From a virus, in the IMG/VR virus record IMGVR_UViG_3300045936_000225, positions 2,258-66,257 of that record: a stretch of DNA of 64,000 bases. One strand, given 5' to 3'. The notes below the pieces were generated by a model. The model searched no databases and was not told the DNA's origin. It saw only the letters and a list, made by a program, of their open reading frames with translations. A program made the position numbers and the translations under genes. Below, piece by piece: positions 28,954-38,628 of the stretch; the stretch's first letter is position 1; each line of letters opens with the position of its first letter.

Positions 28954-29663
28954 GCGGCAAAGAAGGATTGCTGTCAAGGCTCAAGTACAATCTTGAGCCG
29001 ATCACGGACGCGACTGTGAATGTCGGCAAAGGCATCGCCATGCCGATCGCTCGTATGATGAGTGGTCGAAGCAGCGAAGGAATCATCACGCCGCTAGGCT
29101 TCTCTCCAGAGACTGGCACGTTCAATCCTCAAATCGTTCACGACATCAAGAGCCTCTGGAACAAGGAGTCTCGTGACGAGACGTCTCGCTTTGATCAGCA
29201 GCTTCATGACGACTGGGGCGTCGGCTACTCGGGCTCTGCCGAGAATGGCGACTTCGACAGCGACGCTGACATGGCCCAGTTCGTCGGCAATTTCGTGCCG
29301 ACTCCTGCAGGACTTCCGAAGCTTGCCTCCTATCTGCCCAAGGCCGGCGGACTGCTTGGCAAGATCGCCAGAGGGACTGCCCACGCCGTCGATACTGCTG
29401 CCGACTTTGCCATGCCTGCGAAAGCCTCTGGCCGCAAAGCTGCCGACTATGCAGCGGACACTGGTCGCGGCCTTTTGATGGGCTCTGGCTTGCTCGGCGC
29501 CACGACCGCCGGCGGTGCAGCCTACGGAGCGATGCGCGGCCCTCCAGAAGTCAGCGCCGATGAATGGATGAATGCCTTTCACACCTTCCTGAAGGAAGGA
29601 GATATGGACGCCGCCGAAGGTGCCCTTGACGCATACTACGAAGCCCAGGCGAGGTCGCGATGA
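28950..29663 (+). CDS. internal virion protein
   Basis: ATGA overlap. Confidence 0.45.
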   Translation: MSGKEGLLSRLKYNLEPITDATVNVGKGIAMPIARMMSGRSSEGIITPLGFSPETGTFNPQIVHDIKSLWNKESRDETSRFDQQLHDDWGVGYSGSAENGDFDSDADMAQFVGNFVPTPAGLPKLASYLPKAGGLLGKIARGTAHAVDTAADFAMPAKASGRKAADYAADTGRGLLMGSGLLGATTAGGAAYGAMRGPPEVSADEWMNAFHTFLKEGDMDAAEGALDAYYEAQARSR

Positions 29664-31330
29664 GCGGTTTTCTCAAGAAGCTCGGTGAGTCTGCCGAGAA
29701 TTCGGCGAGCAAAGGCAGGGCTGTTGAAGCTGACTGGACCGGCAATATTGAGACGCTTCGCAAGGAAGCCCTTGCACGCGTAAAGCCGGGGAGTAGCCGC
29801 CGCGCCGCTCCTGCAAGCCCAGTCACCACGGCGATGAAAGGCAAGCTTCGCCAGATCCACGCACCGAGCACCAAACCGAAGGAAGGCATCAATCCGCGGC
29901 GGGAGGCCCAGCGCGATCTTGCTGCAGCTCAGAGAAAGATCGCTTATGCTGATTCCATGGATGCTCAGCCGCGCGAGTTCGAGTACTTCGCTGACCTCGA
30001 CAAGTTGAAAGGCTTCAACGATACATTCGGCATGCCATATGGTGATGCTTACATCGAAGCTGCCGAGCGCTCACTGCGCAACCAGCTTGGCAAGGTGCCG
30101 GAAGCGAATCCTCTATTCACACGCGCAGCAGGTGACGAGTTCTATGTTTCTGGCGATGATTCGAGCATGATCGAGTCGGCCCTGCAGCGCGTCAGCCGTG
30201 ACCTGAATCGTGGCGTCACTATCGATCGAGGCCCTCTCGGCAAGCACACCGTCGCCGGTGTCGGTTCGCTCAAGTACGGCAAAGGTCGCAACCTGGATGA
30301 AGCTGACGCAGCTCTTCGTAGCGACAAGACGAAGTGGAGTGAGATCGATCAGCGCACGGGTCGCAGGCATGGCGACGCTCGCTCCGACATGAGCGGCGCC
30401 CAGCACTTGTACGAGTACGAGGACCCTGAGTTGGACTGGCAGCACATCGGGTTCAAGCGTGGCGGCCTTGCGACCATCGGCAACTATCTCGCTGCATACG
30501 AGGCAGGCGAACGCCCTCGTGATGCGATGACGCTTGCCGATCAATACCCCGACGCCTTTGAAGGCGAATACGAGGATGGTGACGAATTCCTCGGTGAGGA
30601 TGACGAGTACGAATACTATGCATGTGGCGGCCAAGTACAGCACTTCTTCCTCGGCGGGATAGGCAAGAAACTCAAGAAAGGAATCAAGAAGGTCGGGAAG
30701 GTTGCCGGCAAGATCGCGAATGCACCTGGCAAGGCACTGAGCAAGATTCCTGGGGTCAAGTCGATCGCGAAGGTGGTAGCGAAAGCTGCACCGGCTCTCG
30801 GCTTCATTCCTGGTGTTGGCACGGTGGCCGGTGGATTGATCGGCGGTATCGCCGGCAACATCGCCTCCGGCGGCAAGACCTCAGGATTCCTGCGAGGTGC
30901 TTTGTCAGGCGCTTCCGGCGGTGTCGGTGGCGGCATCGCAGGTAGCGTTGCCAGCAAACTTGGTGGCGGAACCCTTGCCAAGCTTGCAGGGACGGCGCTG
31001 GGGGATATAGCGTCAGGCGCGATGCAAAGGGCTGGCGCCAAGCTGCTCAAGGACCCTTCCGGGAAATCTCTGACGCCGGAAGAGCTGCAGGCCGTTCAGT
31101 CTCAGCAGGCTCAAAGAGCGCAGGCTACGTTGCCGCAGCCTGCGAGTATCGGCACCATGAACAATGCCGCGGATCAGAGAACGTCAGCTCTACAAGCGGT
31201 CAGTCAGGCACCGGCCAATCAGTTCGCCCAGAACTATCAGCCGGCACCTCCTGCTCCAGTAGTCCCTGGGTCGAACTCCCAGGGACTGCTGAGCATGATC
31301 AAGCAGCAGCAGGCGGCTCGGGCGGCTTGA
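29660..31330 (+). CDS. internal virion/ejection protein with C-terminal glycine-zipper membrane region
   Basis: C-terminus reads GGIGKKLKKGIKK ... GFIPGVGTVAGGLIGGIAGNIASGG ... GGVGGGIAGSVAS. Confidence 0.5.
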   Translation: MSGFLKKLGESAENSASKGRAVEADWTGNIETLRKEALARVKPGSSRRAAPASPVTTAMKGKLRQIHAPSTKPKEGINPRREAQRDLAAAQRKIAYADSMDAQPREFEYFADLDKLKGFNDTFGMPYGDAYIEAAERSLRNQLGKVPEANPLFTRAAGDEFYVSGDDSSMIESALQRVSRDLNRGVTIDRGPLGKHTVAGVGSLKYGKGRNLDEADAALRSDKTKWSEIDQRTGRRHGDARSDMSGAQHLYEYEDPELDWQHIGFKRGGLATIGNYLAAYEAGERPRDAMTLADQYPDAFEGEYEDGDEFLGEDDEYEYYACGGQVQHFFLGGIGKKLKKGIKKVGKVAGKIANAPGKALSKIPGVKSIAKVVAKAAPALGFIPGVGTVAGGLIGGIAGNIASGGKTSGFLRGALSGASGGVGGGIAGSVASKLGGGTLAKLAGTALGDIASGAMQRAGAKLLKDPSGKSLTPEELQAVQSQQAQRAQATLPQPASIGTMNNAADQRTSALQAVSQAPANQFAQNYQPAPPAPVVPGSNSQGLLSMIKQQQAARAA

Positions 31331-31487
31331 CATCCTCCGCCTCGACGGGAGGCGGACCCTTCGTTGGTGGCTTGATGATGCGACCTTCGTCATCCATCAT
31401 CGGAGCCGACTTGATCATGTACCACGTCACGAAGATCATCACAACGATGACGATCGACGCGCCCACAGCCAACAGGCCGCGGATCAT
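31299..31487 (-). CDS. small N-terminal-TM protein with Pro-rich tail, translationally coupled to the SPFH gene
   Basis: ATGA overlap with the SPFH stop. TM segment LLAVGASIVIVVMIFVTWYMI, then KPPTKGPPPVEAEDVKPPEPPAAA. Confidence 0.4.
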   Translation of the reverse strand: MIRGLLAVGASIVIVVMIFVTWYMIKSAPMMDDEGRIIKPPTKGPPPVEAEDVKPPEPPAAA

Positions 31488-32488
31488 CGCGGCGGCGTCC
31501 CGGAGGGCAGAGTCACGATGCCGCCTGCCGCCGTGAGTGGCAGGTATTCCGACACCTTGATTCCATTCCAACGCTCTGCTTCGATCTTGTCAGCGTCAGC
31601 GTGCGTCTGTTCGATCACCAGCTGACGGAGCTTGATCTCGGTCTCCAGGTTCTGGGCAACCAGTCGGTTATAATCTGAGATACCCTGACCTTCCGCCCTC
31701 TTGGCTTCTGCGCGTAGCAAGGCAGCTTCCTTGTCGCCCTGAGCCGTGGCGATGTTGGCCTGTGCACTTGCTTCCGCTGTAATCTTCTTGGCGCGCTGCT
31801 CCTGCTCCACACGATCGGCATCAGCCTTTGCCTGAGCGACCTTCTGCTGCGCCTCCATCGTGTCCTTGATTCGCTGATCGAAGGAGTCGTCCCAATCCCA
31901 GTTGGTCAGGTTGACCTGGGTGATGGCAACAGGATATTCCTTGAGCTTGGCGCTGGCAGCAGCCAGAGCGTCAGTCGCAATCTTGTTCGCGCTGCGTGCC
32001 AAGTCGAAGATCGTGTACTTGCCTACTTCAGCCTTGAGAGCTTCGTATGCGGTGTTGTTCACCAAATCTTCGAGCACGGATCTGTTTGGATATTTCGTCA
32101 CAAGATCCATGATCTTGGCCGTGTCGTACCTCCAAGCAACCTTGGCGCTCAATCCGAGCGTTTGATTGTCGCTAGAGATCGCACCCTTTGTGCCGACTTC
32201 GATGACGACGTCCTGCGTGACTGGCTTGGAACTTGCCGTCTCGAAATGCGAGAACATCGGCATTTTCCATTGCATGCCAGGGCCGTAGTCCTGCTTCGAA
32301 ATCCTGCCGAGCGTGACCTTGACTGCACGCTCATCCGGACTGATGATCTCGAAGCTACCGAAAATCAGCAGTAGCAGGATGAACCCGCCGACGCAAAGTG
32401 ACGTCAGCTTGAACATCCACAGAATCCTCGCCTTCTGGTGAGCTGCTTCGGCCGCACGCTGAGCAGCCGCCTCTTCTAGATAACCCAT
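31484..32488 (-). CDS. SPFH / band-7 (HflC/stomatin-like) membrane protein
   Basis: N-terminal TM, an SPFH core, and a long A/E/Q/K-rich coiled-coil C-terminus typical of HflK/C and stomatin. Confidence 0.7.
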   Translation of the reverse strand: MGYLEEAAAQRAAEAAHQKARILWMFKLTSLCVGGFILLLLIFGSFEIISPDERAVKVTLGRISKQDYGPGMQWKMPMFSHFETASSKPVTQDVVIEVGTKGAISSDNQTLGLSAKVAWRYDTAKIMDLVTKYPNRSVLEDLVNNTAYEALKAEVGKYTIFDLARSANKIATDALAAASAKLKEYPVAITQVNLTNWDWDDSFDQRIKDTMEAQQKVAQAKADADRVEQEQRAKKITAEASAQANIATAQGDKEAALLRAEAKRAEGQGISDYNRLVAQNLETEIKLRQLVIEQTHADADKIEAERWNGIKVSEYLPLTAAGGIVTLPSGTPPR

Positions 32489-32515
32489 CTTGAACTCCTT
32501 CCCGTGGTGGTTGAA

Positions 32516-32875
32516 CTATTCCGACTTGTCGGCTCGCGTCTGTGCAGCCTCGTTGCTGTACCGGAGACCTTCGTACCGCTTGCTGAGCTTCGCGATATTG
32601 GCGTTGAGCGTTTCCTCCCTGCTGATGCCAAGGCCCTGCCGCAGACCTTCCATGTAGAACTCCAGGTCGCCGAGTTCCTCGACGATGTTGTCCCGGTCCA
32701 CTTCCTTGTTGTAGATCGCGACCTTCTTGACCGCATCCAGGAGCTCGCCTGCCTCGCCGCTGACACCCACGGCCATATGCAGCAGGTGAGTGCTCTGCGG
32801 CGTCAGGTCAGCGATGATCGCGGCGCCGGACTTGGCGAGCACGCTCACCATCTCTGCGTGATTGATCTGGCTCAT
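32516..32875 (-). CDS. MazG-like nucleotide pyrophosphohydrolase
   Basis: EAGELLDAVKK ... EELGDLEFY motifs. Confidence 0.6.
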   Translation of the reverse strand: MSQINHAEMVSVLAKSGAAIIADLTPQSTHLLHMAVGVSGEAGELLDAVKKVAIYNKEVDRDNIVEELGDLEFYMEGLRQGLGISREETLNANIAKLSKRYEGLRYSNEAAQTRADKSE

Positions 32876-32936
32876 CGGTAGCTCCCCTTGACCCGGCCAT
32901 CAGTTCCGAACATCATCGCGCCTGCATTGATGTCAT

Positions 32937-33299
32937 TCATCCCGTACGACCGTCAATGCGGATCTGCGGGCCACGCACCGCAAGGTGAGGTTGCGCCGGC
33001 GTGACGCTGATTGGCGGCATCGGACCTGCATCCTCGTTCACGCGGTCGATATATCCGAGCGTGCGCGCAAGGTCTTCACGCAGCAAGCCAGTTTCGCGCC
33101 TTGCCGACTCTACGTCCTTGCCCAGCCCTTCTGCGATCTTCACCGATCGATTCAGCGCTCCCTGCAGATCATTGTTCTCCTGCTCTAGATGAGCGATGCG
33201 CTTCGCTGCCGCATCCTCGACTGCCTCCAGTTCCGAGATGCGGCACTTCAGGAGCTCCACATCCACTTCCTGGGGTTTCAGAATTCTGTTACTCGCCAC
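32937..33299 (-). CDS. coiled-coil hypothetical protein
   Basis: ORF only. Confidence 0.4.
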   Translation of the reverse strand: MASNRILKPQEVDVELLKCRISELEAVEDAAAKRIAHLEQENNDLQGALNRSVKIAEGLGKDVESARRETGLLREDLARTLGYIDRVNEDAGPMPPISVTPAQPHLAVRGPQIRIDGRTG

Positions 33300-33492
33300 G
33301 ACCTTCTCCTTGTTTGTTTGCTAAATCAACCATCAACTCGATCTTGGTGATGTACATCTGCCCACGCCACATGTAACCTTCCAATCGCGTCTGATCGTAC
33401 ATATTGATCTGCGTGATTGGTTTGCCGAAACGCTTTGCCAGCCAGAATTTCCACTGCGGCTGCAGGGAGAACTTCATGTCTGGATTTGGCAT
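33289..33492 (-). CDS. small hypothetical protein
   Basis: ORF only. Overlaps the upstream gene by 11 nt. Confidence 0.3.
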   Translation of the reverse strand: MPNPDMKFSLQPQWKFWLAKRFGKPITQINMYDQTRLEGYMWRGQMYITKIELMVDLANKQGEGRGE

Positions 33493-33695
33493 CAGACCCT
33501 CTGGCGGTATTCTTGATACATCTGGATTCGATCATCCAGAATCGCGTCCTTGCCCTGAGCCAGCCGCGCTACGACGTCAGCGAGGTCCAAGGCAGATCTG
33601 TACCGCCTTCCCTTGGCTTGCTCCCATTCAAGCTGTTGCTTCAGTCTTAACACCTCGGCCTTATGCTCTTCAATTGGAATCGTGTCATTGCTCAT
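33492..33695 (-). CDS. small hypothetical protein
   Basis: Coupled overlaps with neighbours. Confidence 0.35.
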   Translation of the reverse strand: MSNDTIPIEEHKAEVLRLKQQLEWEQAKGRRYRSALDLADVVARLAQGKDAILDDRIQMYQEYRQRV

Positions 33696-34576
33696 GATAT
33701 GTCATCCTTGTCTCGGAACCACTTGAAGATCGGCTGGCGCGGCTTCTCTTTGACGCCTGTCACCGCGAAGTGCTTGAAGGTGAACAGCCGTCCGAGGTAC
33801 TTGTCGCGGTTGTCCCAGACTTCCCTTCTGAGAGCGTCGTCAAAGCCGCTGCCGACGTCGACCTCTCTGCCGCTTTTGGTTCTGGCAATGAGAGAGCCAA
33901 GCGTGTCTTTGCCGACCATGTTCTCTTTGTGGCCAGAACGCTTCGTATAGCCTCGCTCATCTTTGAACGCTTCGTTGGCATTGTGCATCTGCTCCTTGAA
34001 GCCGATGATCGTGGCCTCTTCATCCACCCACTGCTTCAGCTTCATGAGGTACTGCTCCCTCATGGTGCTGCGGCCATTCTTGTATGGTGCAGAACCGGAA
34101 CGAGCGATCACGCCCTCGAAACCATGCAGAAGAGCTTCGCGTTCGTATGCCTCCAGCTCTTCCACGCTGTTCACTATCTCCTGAAGGAGCAATGCGACGC
34201 TTGGGAATTTCGAATCCCAGACGACGCGCTCCAGGTGCCCGTATCGCCGCGTGAATGGTGACTTGGCTTGAAGCTGATAGTCGAAGACGTGGAAGGTGAC
34301 GTCAGGCTCGCCTTCGATGCTCATGACGCCGCTGGACGTCTTCTGCATCAGATTCTTGTCATTGATCGGCCCGACGCAGAGCTCGCCATCAAACCCTTCG
34401 GGAAGTCCCTTGAAGAGCTCCTGCGTGAACTTGTTGCGGATCGGCTTCAGGCTGCGACTCAGCAGCTGGCCGCCCTGCACGGTTGCTCGGATGCCATCAA
34501 GCTTGTAGCTGACGTACAGAGGAAAGCGCAGCACCTTAAGATCTTCAATGGTGGCTGCGAGCATTGGCTTGAGCAT
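33692..34576 (-). CDS. ATP-dependent DNA ligase
   Basis: KxDG adenylation motif (SYKLDGIRA), FDGELCV, EGVIAR and LMKLKQW motifs. 294 aa, T7-ligase size. Confidence 0.85.
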   Translation of the reverse strand: MLKPMLAATIEDLKVLRFPLYVSYKLDGIRATVQGGQLLSRSLKPIRNKFTQELFKGLPEGFDGELCVGPINDKNLMQKTSSGVMSIEGEPDVTFHVFDYQLQAKSPFTRRYGHLERVVWDSKFPSVALLLQEIVNSVEELEAYEREALLHGFEGVIARSGSAPYKNGRSTMREQYLMKLKQWVDEEATIIGFKEQMHNANEAFKDERGYTKRSGHKENMVGKDTLGSLIARTKSGREVDVGSGFDDALRREVWDNRDKYLGRLFTFKHFAVTGVKEKPRQPIFKWFRDKDDIS

Positions 34577-34911
34577 CAGATCATCCTCGCGAAATCTGGT
34601 TTCGGTGCATCTTCACCCTTGGTGATTCGATGCTCCTTGATCCTGTCACACTTTTTCGCGAGCGTATTCATGAACATCTTGTACATCTTCAGGTCAACCA
34701 ACCTGGCTGATGCTTCGCGAAATCCTTGGCGGCCAGACTCAATGCAGCCTAGTTGAAGCGCATTCTTCAGAGTTCGATTCTCCTGCATCAGCGCTTCTTT
34801 AAGAGCTTGATCGCCCTGCACTTTCTCAATGATATGCGTTCCCACCGCTCGATGGGTGTGCATAATCATGTTGTAGACGGCTGTATCGCCAGCCCAATAG
34901 ATCTCGATCAC
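34576..34911 (-). CDS. hypothetical protein
   Basis: ATGA coupling. Confidence 0.4.
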   Translation of the reverse strand: MIEIYWAGDTAVYNMIMHTHRAVGTHIIEKVQGDQALKEALMQENRTLKNALQLGCIESGRQGFREASARLVDLKMYKMFMNTLAKKCDRIKEHRITKGEDAPKPDFARMI

Positions 34912-35258
34912 AGCATCTCCGGAAACCCGTTCTTCACGGATACCTCGTTGAACTTCTCGCGCACTGCTTCGGCGAGATTGATCCCCTCCCGCTGCGCGAT
35001 CAGGTCGAGATAGAGGTAGACGTCAGCAATCTCCTTGCGGAGTTCGACGCGCAGCTCTTCCTCGGAGACTGTGTTGCCGACAAGACCATCGCGCACGCGA
35101 TTGAGCTTCTTGACGACGTTGCAGAGCTCGCCGGCCTCGCCTGCCAATGCAACTGCCCAGTCCGACAGGGACCATTCAACGAGCCCATCCGGATGCCAGC
35201 GAAGACAACGAGCCAGATTGACGCGACTGATGTTTGCGATTGAGTCGTTGTTCACCAC
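34908..35258 (-). CDS. MazG-like NTP pyrophosphohydrolase (second copy)
   Basis: EAGELCNVVKK ... EIADVYLYL motifs. Confidence 0.55.
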   Translation of the reverse strand: MVNNDSIANISRVNLARCLRWHPDGLVEWSLSDWAVALAGEAGELCNVVKKLNRVRDGLVGNTVSEEELRVELRKEIADVYLYLDLIAQREGINLAEAVREKFNEVSVKNGFPEML

Positions 35259-35737
35259 TGATATCCTTCTGCGTCCAGGTAGACTTGAGTGTGTCGGCGC
35301 AGATGATCCTTCGTGACCTTCTGACCGATGCCGATGTGCGTGGCTCGGATGAAACCTCGCCAGCAGAAATCACTAGCAGGGGTCCCTCGGTGCGCATCGA
35401 GCTGCGTGAACCGATGCCAGGTCTGAGGCCGGATATAGCCGTGCTCGAACTGAGTGAGTGGCGGCCCGCTGATCCAGACGTACATCGGAAGCTCAGGCTT
35501 ACACTCGTGGATCTGTTGCACGCCTCCAACCCGAGGTACGTTGTCTCGGTGCCAGTTTGGGATGCACGGGAACTGCCGCGGCATCAGCATGTGCACCTTG
35601 ACATCGAAGACGAAGTTTCCTGCATCATCCGGAAAGGTCTTCAGGATTGGCATGACGTCTGGCATGAGGTTGTTGACCACAGCCCAAGGTGCTGATCGCA
35701 GCCCGCAGTGCTGCTTGCTCCAGTCAATCGTGATCAT
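35252..35737 (-). CDS. hypothetical protein
   Basis: Internal ATG overlaps the upstream stop (ATGA). The N-terminal extension of the track ORF was judged spurious. Confidence 0.4.
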   Translation of the reverse strand: MITIDWSKQHCGLRSAPWAVVNNLMPDVMPILKTFPDDAGNFVFDVKVHMLMPRQFPCIPNWHRDNVPRVGGVQQIHECKPELPMYVWISGPPLTQFEHGYIRPQTWHRFTQLDAHRGTPASDFCWRGFIRATHIGIGQKVTKDHLRRHTQVYLDAEGYQW

Positions 35738-35919
35738 GATGGAGTCGCCTGTGCTGCGATTTTCTCGCGTGTTTCTTTGACGAAGTACTCTGCGCCGATG
35801 ACGCTGATGCATCGGCATTCATCTTTGGTGCCTTTGGACTCGCAGACGCTGAAGTGGCCTTCAATGTACAGCTCCAAGGGCTGGCCGTTGTAATGATTGG
35901 TCAGAACCAACCGGATCAT
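35734..35919 (-). CDS. small Cys-containing protein
   Basis: ATGA overlap at both ends. Confidence 0.35.
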   Translation of the reverse strand: MIRLVLTNHYNGQPLELYIEGHFSVCESKGTKDECRCISVIGAEYFVKETREKIAAQATPS

Positions 35920-36296
35920 GAGGGCTTGCCCTGTTGCGGATCCACCATCATGCCGCCGCGCTCTGCGCGACAGACTGCGCACTGGCACCCCTGAGCCTGG
36001 CAGACCTTGACGCCGTCCATGCGCTTCTCGATCTCCTCAAGAAGCTCCTTGACAGAGATTTTGAAGTGCTGTGCAAGGGAGTATACGACGGTCGCGGCCG
36101 AGTCCTTCAGAAGCTCGTCATGATGACCCTCCGCTTCCTTCGGCGTCATTCCTGCAGCCATCATGGCTTTCGTGGCATGTGCCGGCTGCTGATAAACAGC
36201 GAGCGCTGCAGCACCGTCTTCCGAGACGTGCATGATGATGATGGGATTTACGACTAGCGTCACGGCATCACTCAGTATTCTTATCGTCACAGTCAA
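35916..36296 (-). CDS. hypothetical protein with C-terminal CxxCxC
   Basis: ORF only. Confidence 0.4.
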   Translation of the reverse strand: MTVTIRILSDAVTLVVNPIIIMHVSEDGAAALAVYQQPAHATKAMMAAGMTPKEAEGHHDELLKDSAATVVYSLAQHFKISVKELLEEIEKRMDGVKVCQAQGCQCAVCRAERGGMMVDPQQGKPS

Positions 36297-36657
36297 CCTC
36301 TTCTGGCGCCCAGTTATCGCAAGCGAATTCGCTTGCGTCGTCTATATTCCTGCAAGTGTCGGTCCAGTCGTGCCGTCCGTCCTTGCTCATGATTCTGATC
36401 TGGTGTATCTCAGGGCCGCAGCCCGGATCGCACTGCTCTGGCGGCCCGCTGATGATTGGCGGAATGCCCGGCGTGATGTCAAACACGATGAGGCAATCTA
36501 TCTGGACGGAGCCTTCATCGCACTCGCCGCAGCCGCCTGTCTCTTCAACCTCTTGGAAGGCTGCAGCGGCACGCACTACCGTGCGCTCACCAGTCCCTTT
36601 GCAGTGCTCACAGGAAAACCTTCCGGTCCACTTTAATTCTTGTTCTTTATGAACCAT
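36268..36657 (-). CDS. Cys-rich hypothetical protein
   Basis: Multiple CxxC pairs. Start placed at the internal ATG with GGTGGG upstream. Confidence 0.35.
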   Translation of the reverse strand: MVHKEQELKWTGRFSCEHCKGTGERTVVRAAAAFQEVEETGGCGECDEGSVQIDCLIVFDITPGIPPIISGPPEQCDPGCGPEIHQIRIMSKDGRHDWTDTCRNIDDASEFACDNWAPEEVDCDDKNTE

Positions 36658-36721
36658 TTCGCCCACCAAATTCCGCCATATCTTGAGTATACTCGTCAGG
36701 CGGCGCAAAGTAAAGGTTCTG

Positions 36722-36898
36722 CTTCATCGAGGAACGCCGAGCTTCGTTGCTAGTTCGTGGCACTTCTTGGCGTCAGGAAGAGGCGCTTTACCTCTCGACG
36801 CGCGAAACAAGTAGTCCTCTACAGCAGCTCTTCGGTCCAAGGACTTCTCGTAGCCGCGCCAGAAGCGCAACCGATACCGCATCCTTATCAGCCATTCG
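36722..36898 (-). CDS. small HTH-like protein (58 aa); not in ORF track
   Basis: C-terminus KKCHELATKLGVPR resembles a helix-turn-helix. Confidence 0.25.
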
Positions 36899-36902
36899 CG
36901 CA

Positions 36903-37124
36903 TCAGGCTAGTGCTTCCAGGATGCGTGTGAGCGACTGGCCGAGCGACAGGCCGATCAGCACGGAGAGCAACATCTGCAGGCGCGGCGGCAGCCTCTTCA
37001 TGTAGTAGGACTTGATTTTATCCATGGCAGCTAAATCAGCCTGTAGCTGATTCAGAAGCTTGTCAGCTTCATCCGCCCTCTTCCGCCATAGCTCCTTGAG
37101 ATCCGCTGTTTCAATCGCGCTCAT
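36903..37124 (-). CDS. small C-terminal-TM protein
   Basis: Excellent GAGGAGG Shine-Dalgarno 6 nt upstream of the internal ATG. C-terminal hydrophobic helix. Confidence 0.45.
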   Translation of the reverse strand: MSAIETADLKELWRKRADEADKLLNQLQADLAAMDKIKSYYMKRLPPRLQMLLSVLIGLSLGQSLTRILEALA

Positions 37125-37134
37125 GATTTCCTCC

Positions 37135-38628
37135 TCAGTTGTCGCCGAGCACAGTTGCGGCCGTCTGACCCTTGTGCTCAAGAGCGAATGCGATATCCTC
37201 GTCGACAGTATCAACGGCGCAGAGCATGATGTAGGTGCACTTGTCACCTTGCTGCCCGATGCGATGGATTCGATCTTGACTCTGAGCCAAGTTGCCCCAG
37301 TTGTAAGACATGCTGGCATATATCATGATATCCGCTGCCGTCAAAGTGATGCCGATGCCGCCAGAGCCTGGCTGACCGACGAAGCCGCGCTTTGCTCCGC
37401 TCTGGAACTCGTCGATCGCCTTCTCGCGATTGGTTTGCGAGACGCCACCGTGATACTGCACATGGGAGATATTCATCTTCTCCAACAACGCGCAGATCGC
37501 CCTGATCTCCTCGCGGAAGTGGGCGAATATGATGAACGGCTTGTCGTTGGGGATGTCGTCGATCACCTCTTCCAACAACTCTAGCCTGGGATTGCCGTCA
37601 ATCAGGTACTGCGCCAGCGTCGTCTCATCTGGCTGCTTCATCAAGACGAAGCCTGACGTCACCTGCTGCAGCTTGACCTGCGCCGTTAGCGAGGTTGCCT
37701 CCAGAAGATCGTCGCCAACCTCCAGGTAGTGCTCTTCCTTGATCTGATTGTAGGCCATCCGCTGGCCGGGAACGAGGTCGAAATATCGCCTCTCGAACAC
37801 CTTCTCCGGCAAGTCTAGGCAGTCCTTCTTCAACACTCGGAAGGTGTGCGGTGCCACGCGATCGCGGAGCTCCTCCAGATTGCGCCACTTAGGACGCCCG
37901 TTGAAGTCCTTCTCGACGATCTGCGGCCCTTTCCAAGTGCCCTTTTGCTGTGCAGCTTTGATCGCCGGATTCTTGGCTGCACGGGCAGCGATATGGCGCA
38001 TGATGCCTGAGTGATCAGGCGCGATATGCGCGTAACGTGCGACGAACGCGCGGTGCGTTTGACCCCAGAATCCAGGCTTCAGAAATTCGAACTGGCTGAA
38101 GAGATCGGGAGGGCTGTTTGTCAGTGGAGTACCGCTCATGATTCGTCGAGCGGTGCTCGTCGATGCCAGTTGCAGAACCCGCTTAGTGACGACCGCAGTC
38201 GGCGTCTTGATGCGCTGTGATTCATCAACAACCAGCATGACCTTGCGGCCCTTCATGAACTTCATCGCAACGTCGTAGCCTGCCTTATGAGCAAGCGCGT
38301 CGATGTTGATGGCCAAGATCTTCAGGCTCTTCGCTCCGTCCCGGAGTAGGTCCTCTAGAGGCTTGACTGACTTGCCGCTGTTGTATGCCCAAGCCCTGAA
38401 TGGAGGGCTGAGATGCGTCGGGATCTCTCGCCGCACGAAATTTGTGTGGACGCCTTTCGGCGCAATGATCAGTAGCGCGTCGATCTTGCCGGCGTGGAAG
38501 CAGCGCTCTGCATCCGCAAGAATCATCCAACTCTTGCCGGTTCCCTGCTCGGCGAATATGGCAGCCCAGCGTCTGCCGTCAAGGAAGGTCAGGGCCTCAC
38601 CCTGATGAACCATAGGTTGCGTCTTCAT
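37135..38628 (-). CDS. SNF2/SF2 DNA helicase
   Basis: Walker A EQGTGKS, DExQ box VVDESQRIK, motif VI QDRIHRIGQ. Confidence 0.85.
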   Translation of the reverse strand: MKTQPMVHQGEALTFLDGRRWAAIFAEQGTGKSWMILADAERCFHAGKIDALLIIAPKGVHTNFVRREIPTHLSPPFRAWAYNSGKSVKPLEDLLRDGAKSLKILAINIDALAHKAGYDVAMKFMKGRKVMLVVDESQRIKTPTAVVTKRVLQLASTSTARRIMSGTPLTNSPPDLFSQFEFLKPGFWGQTHRAFVARYAHIAPDHSGIMRHIAARAAKNPAIKAAQQKGTWKGPQIVEKDFNGRPKWRNLEELRDRVAPHTFRVLKKDCLDLPEKVFERRYFDLVPGQRMAYNQIKEEHYLEVGDDLLEATSLTAQVKLQQVTSGFVLMKQPDETTLAQYLIDGNPRLELLEEVIDDIPNDKPFIIFAHFREEIRAICALLEKMNISHVQYHGGVSQTNREKAIDEFQSGAKRGFVGQPGSGGIGITLTAADIMIYASMSYNWGNLAQSQDRIHRIGQQGDKCTYIMLCAVDTVDEDIAFALEHKGQTAATVLGDN

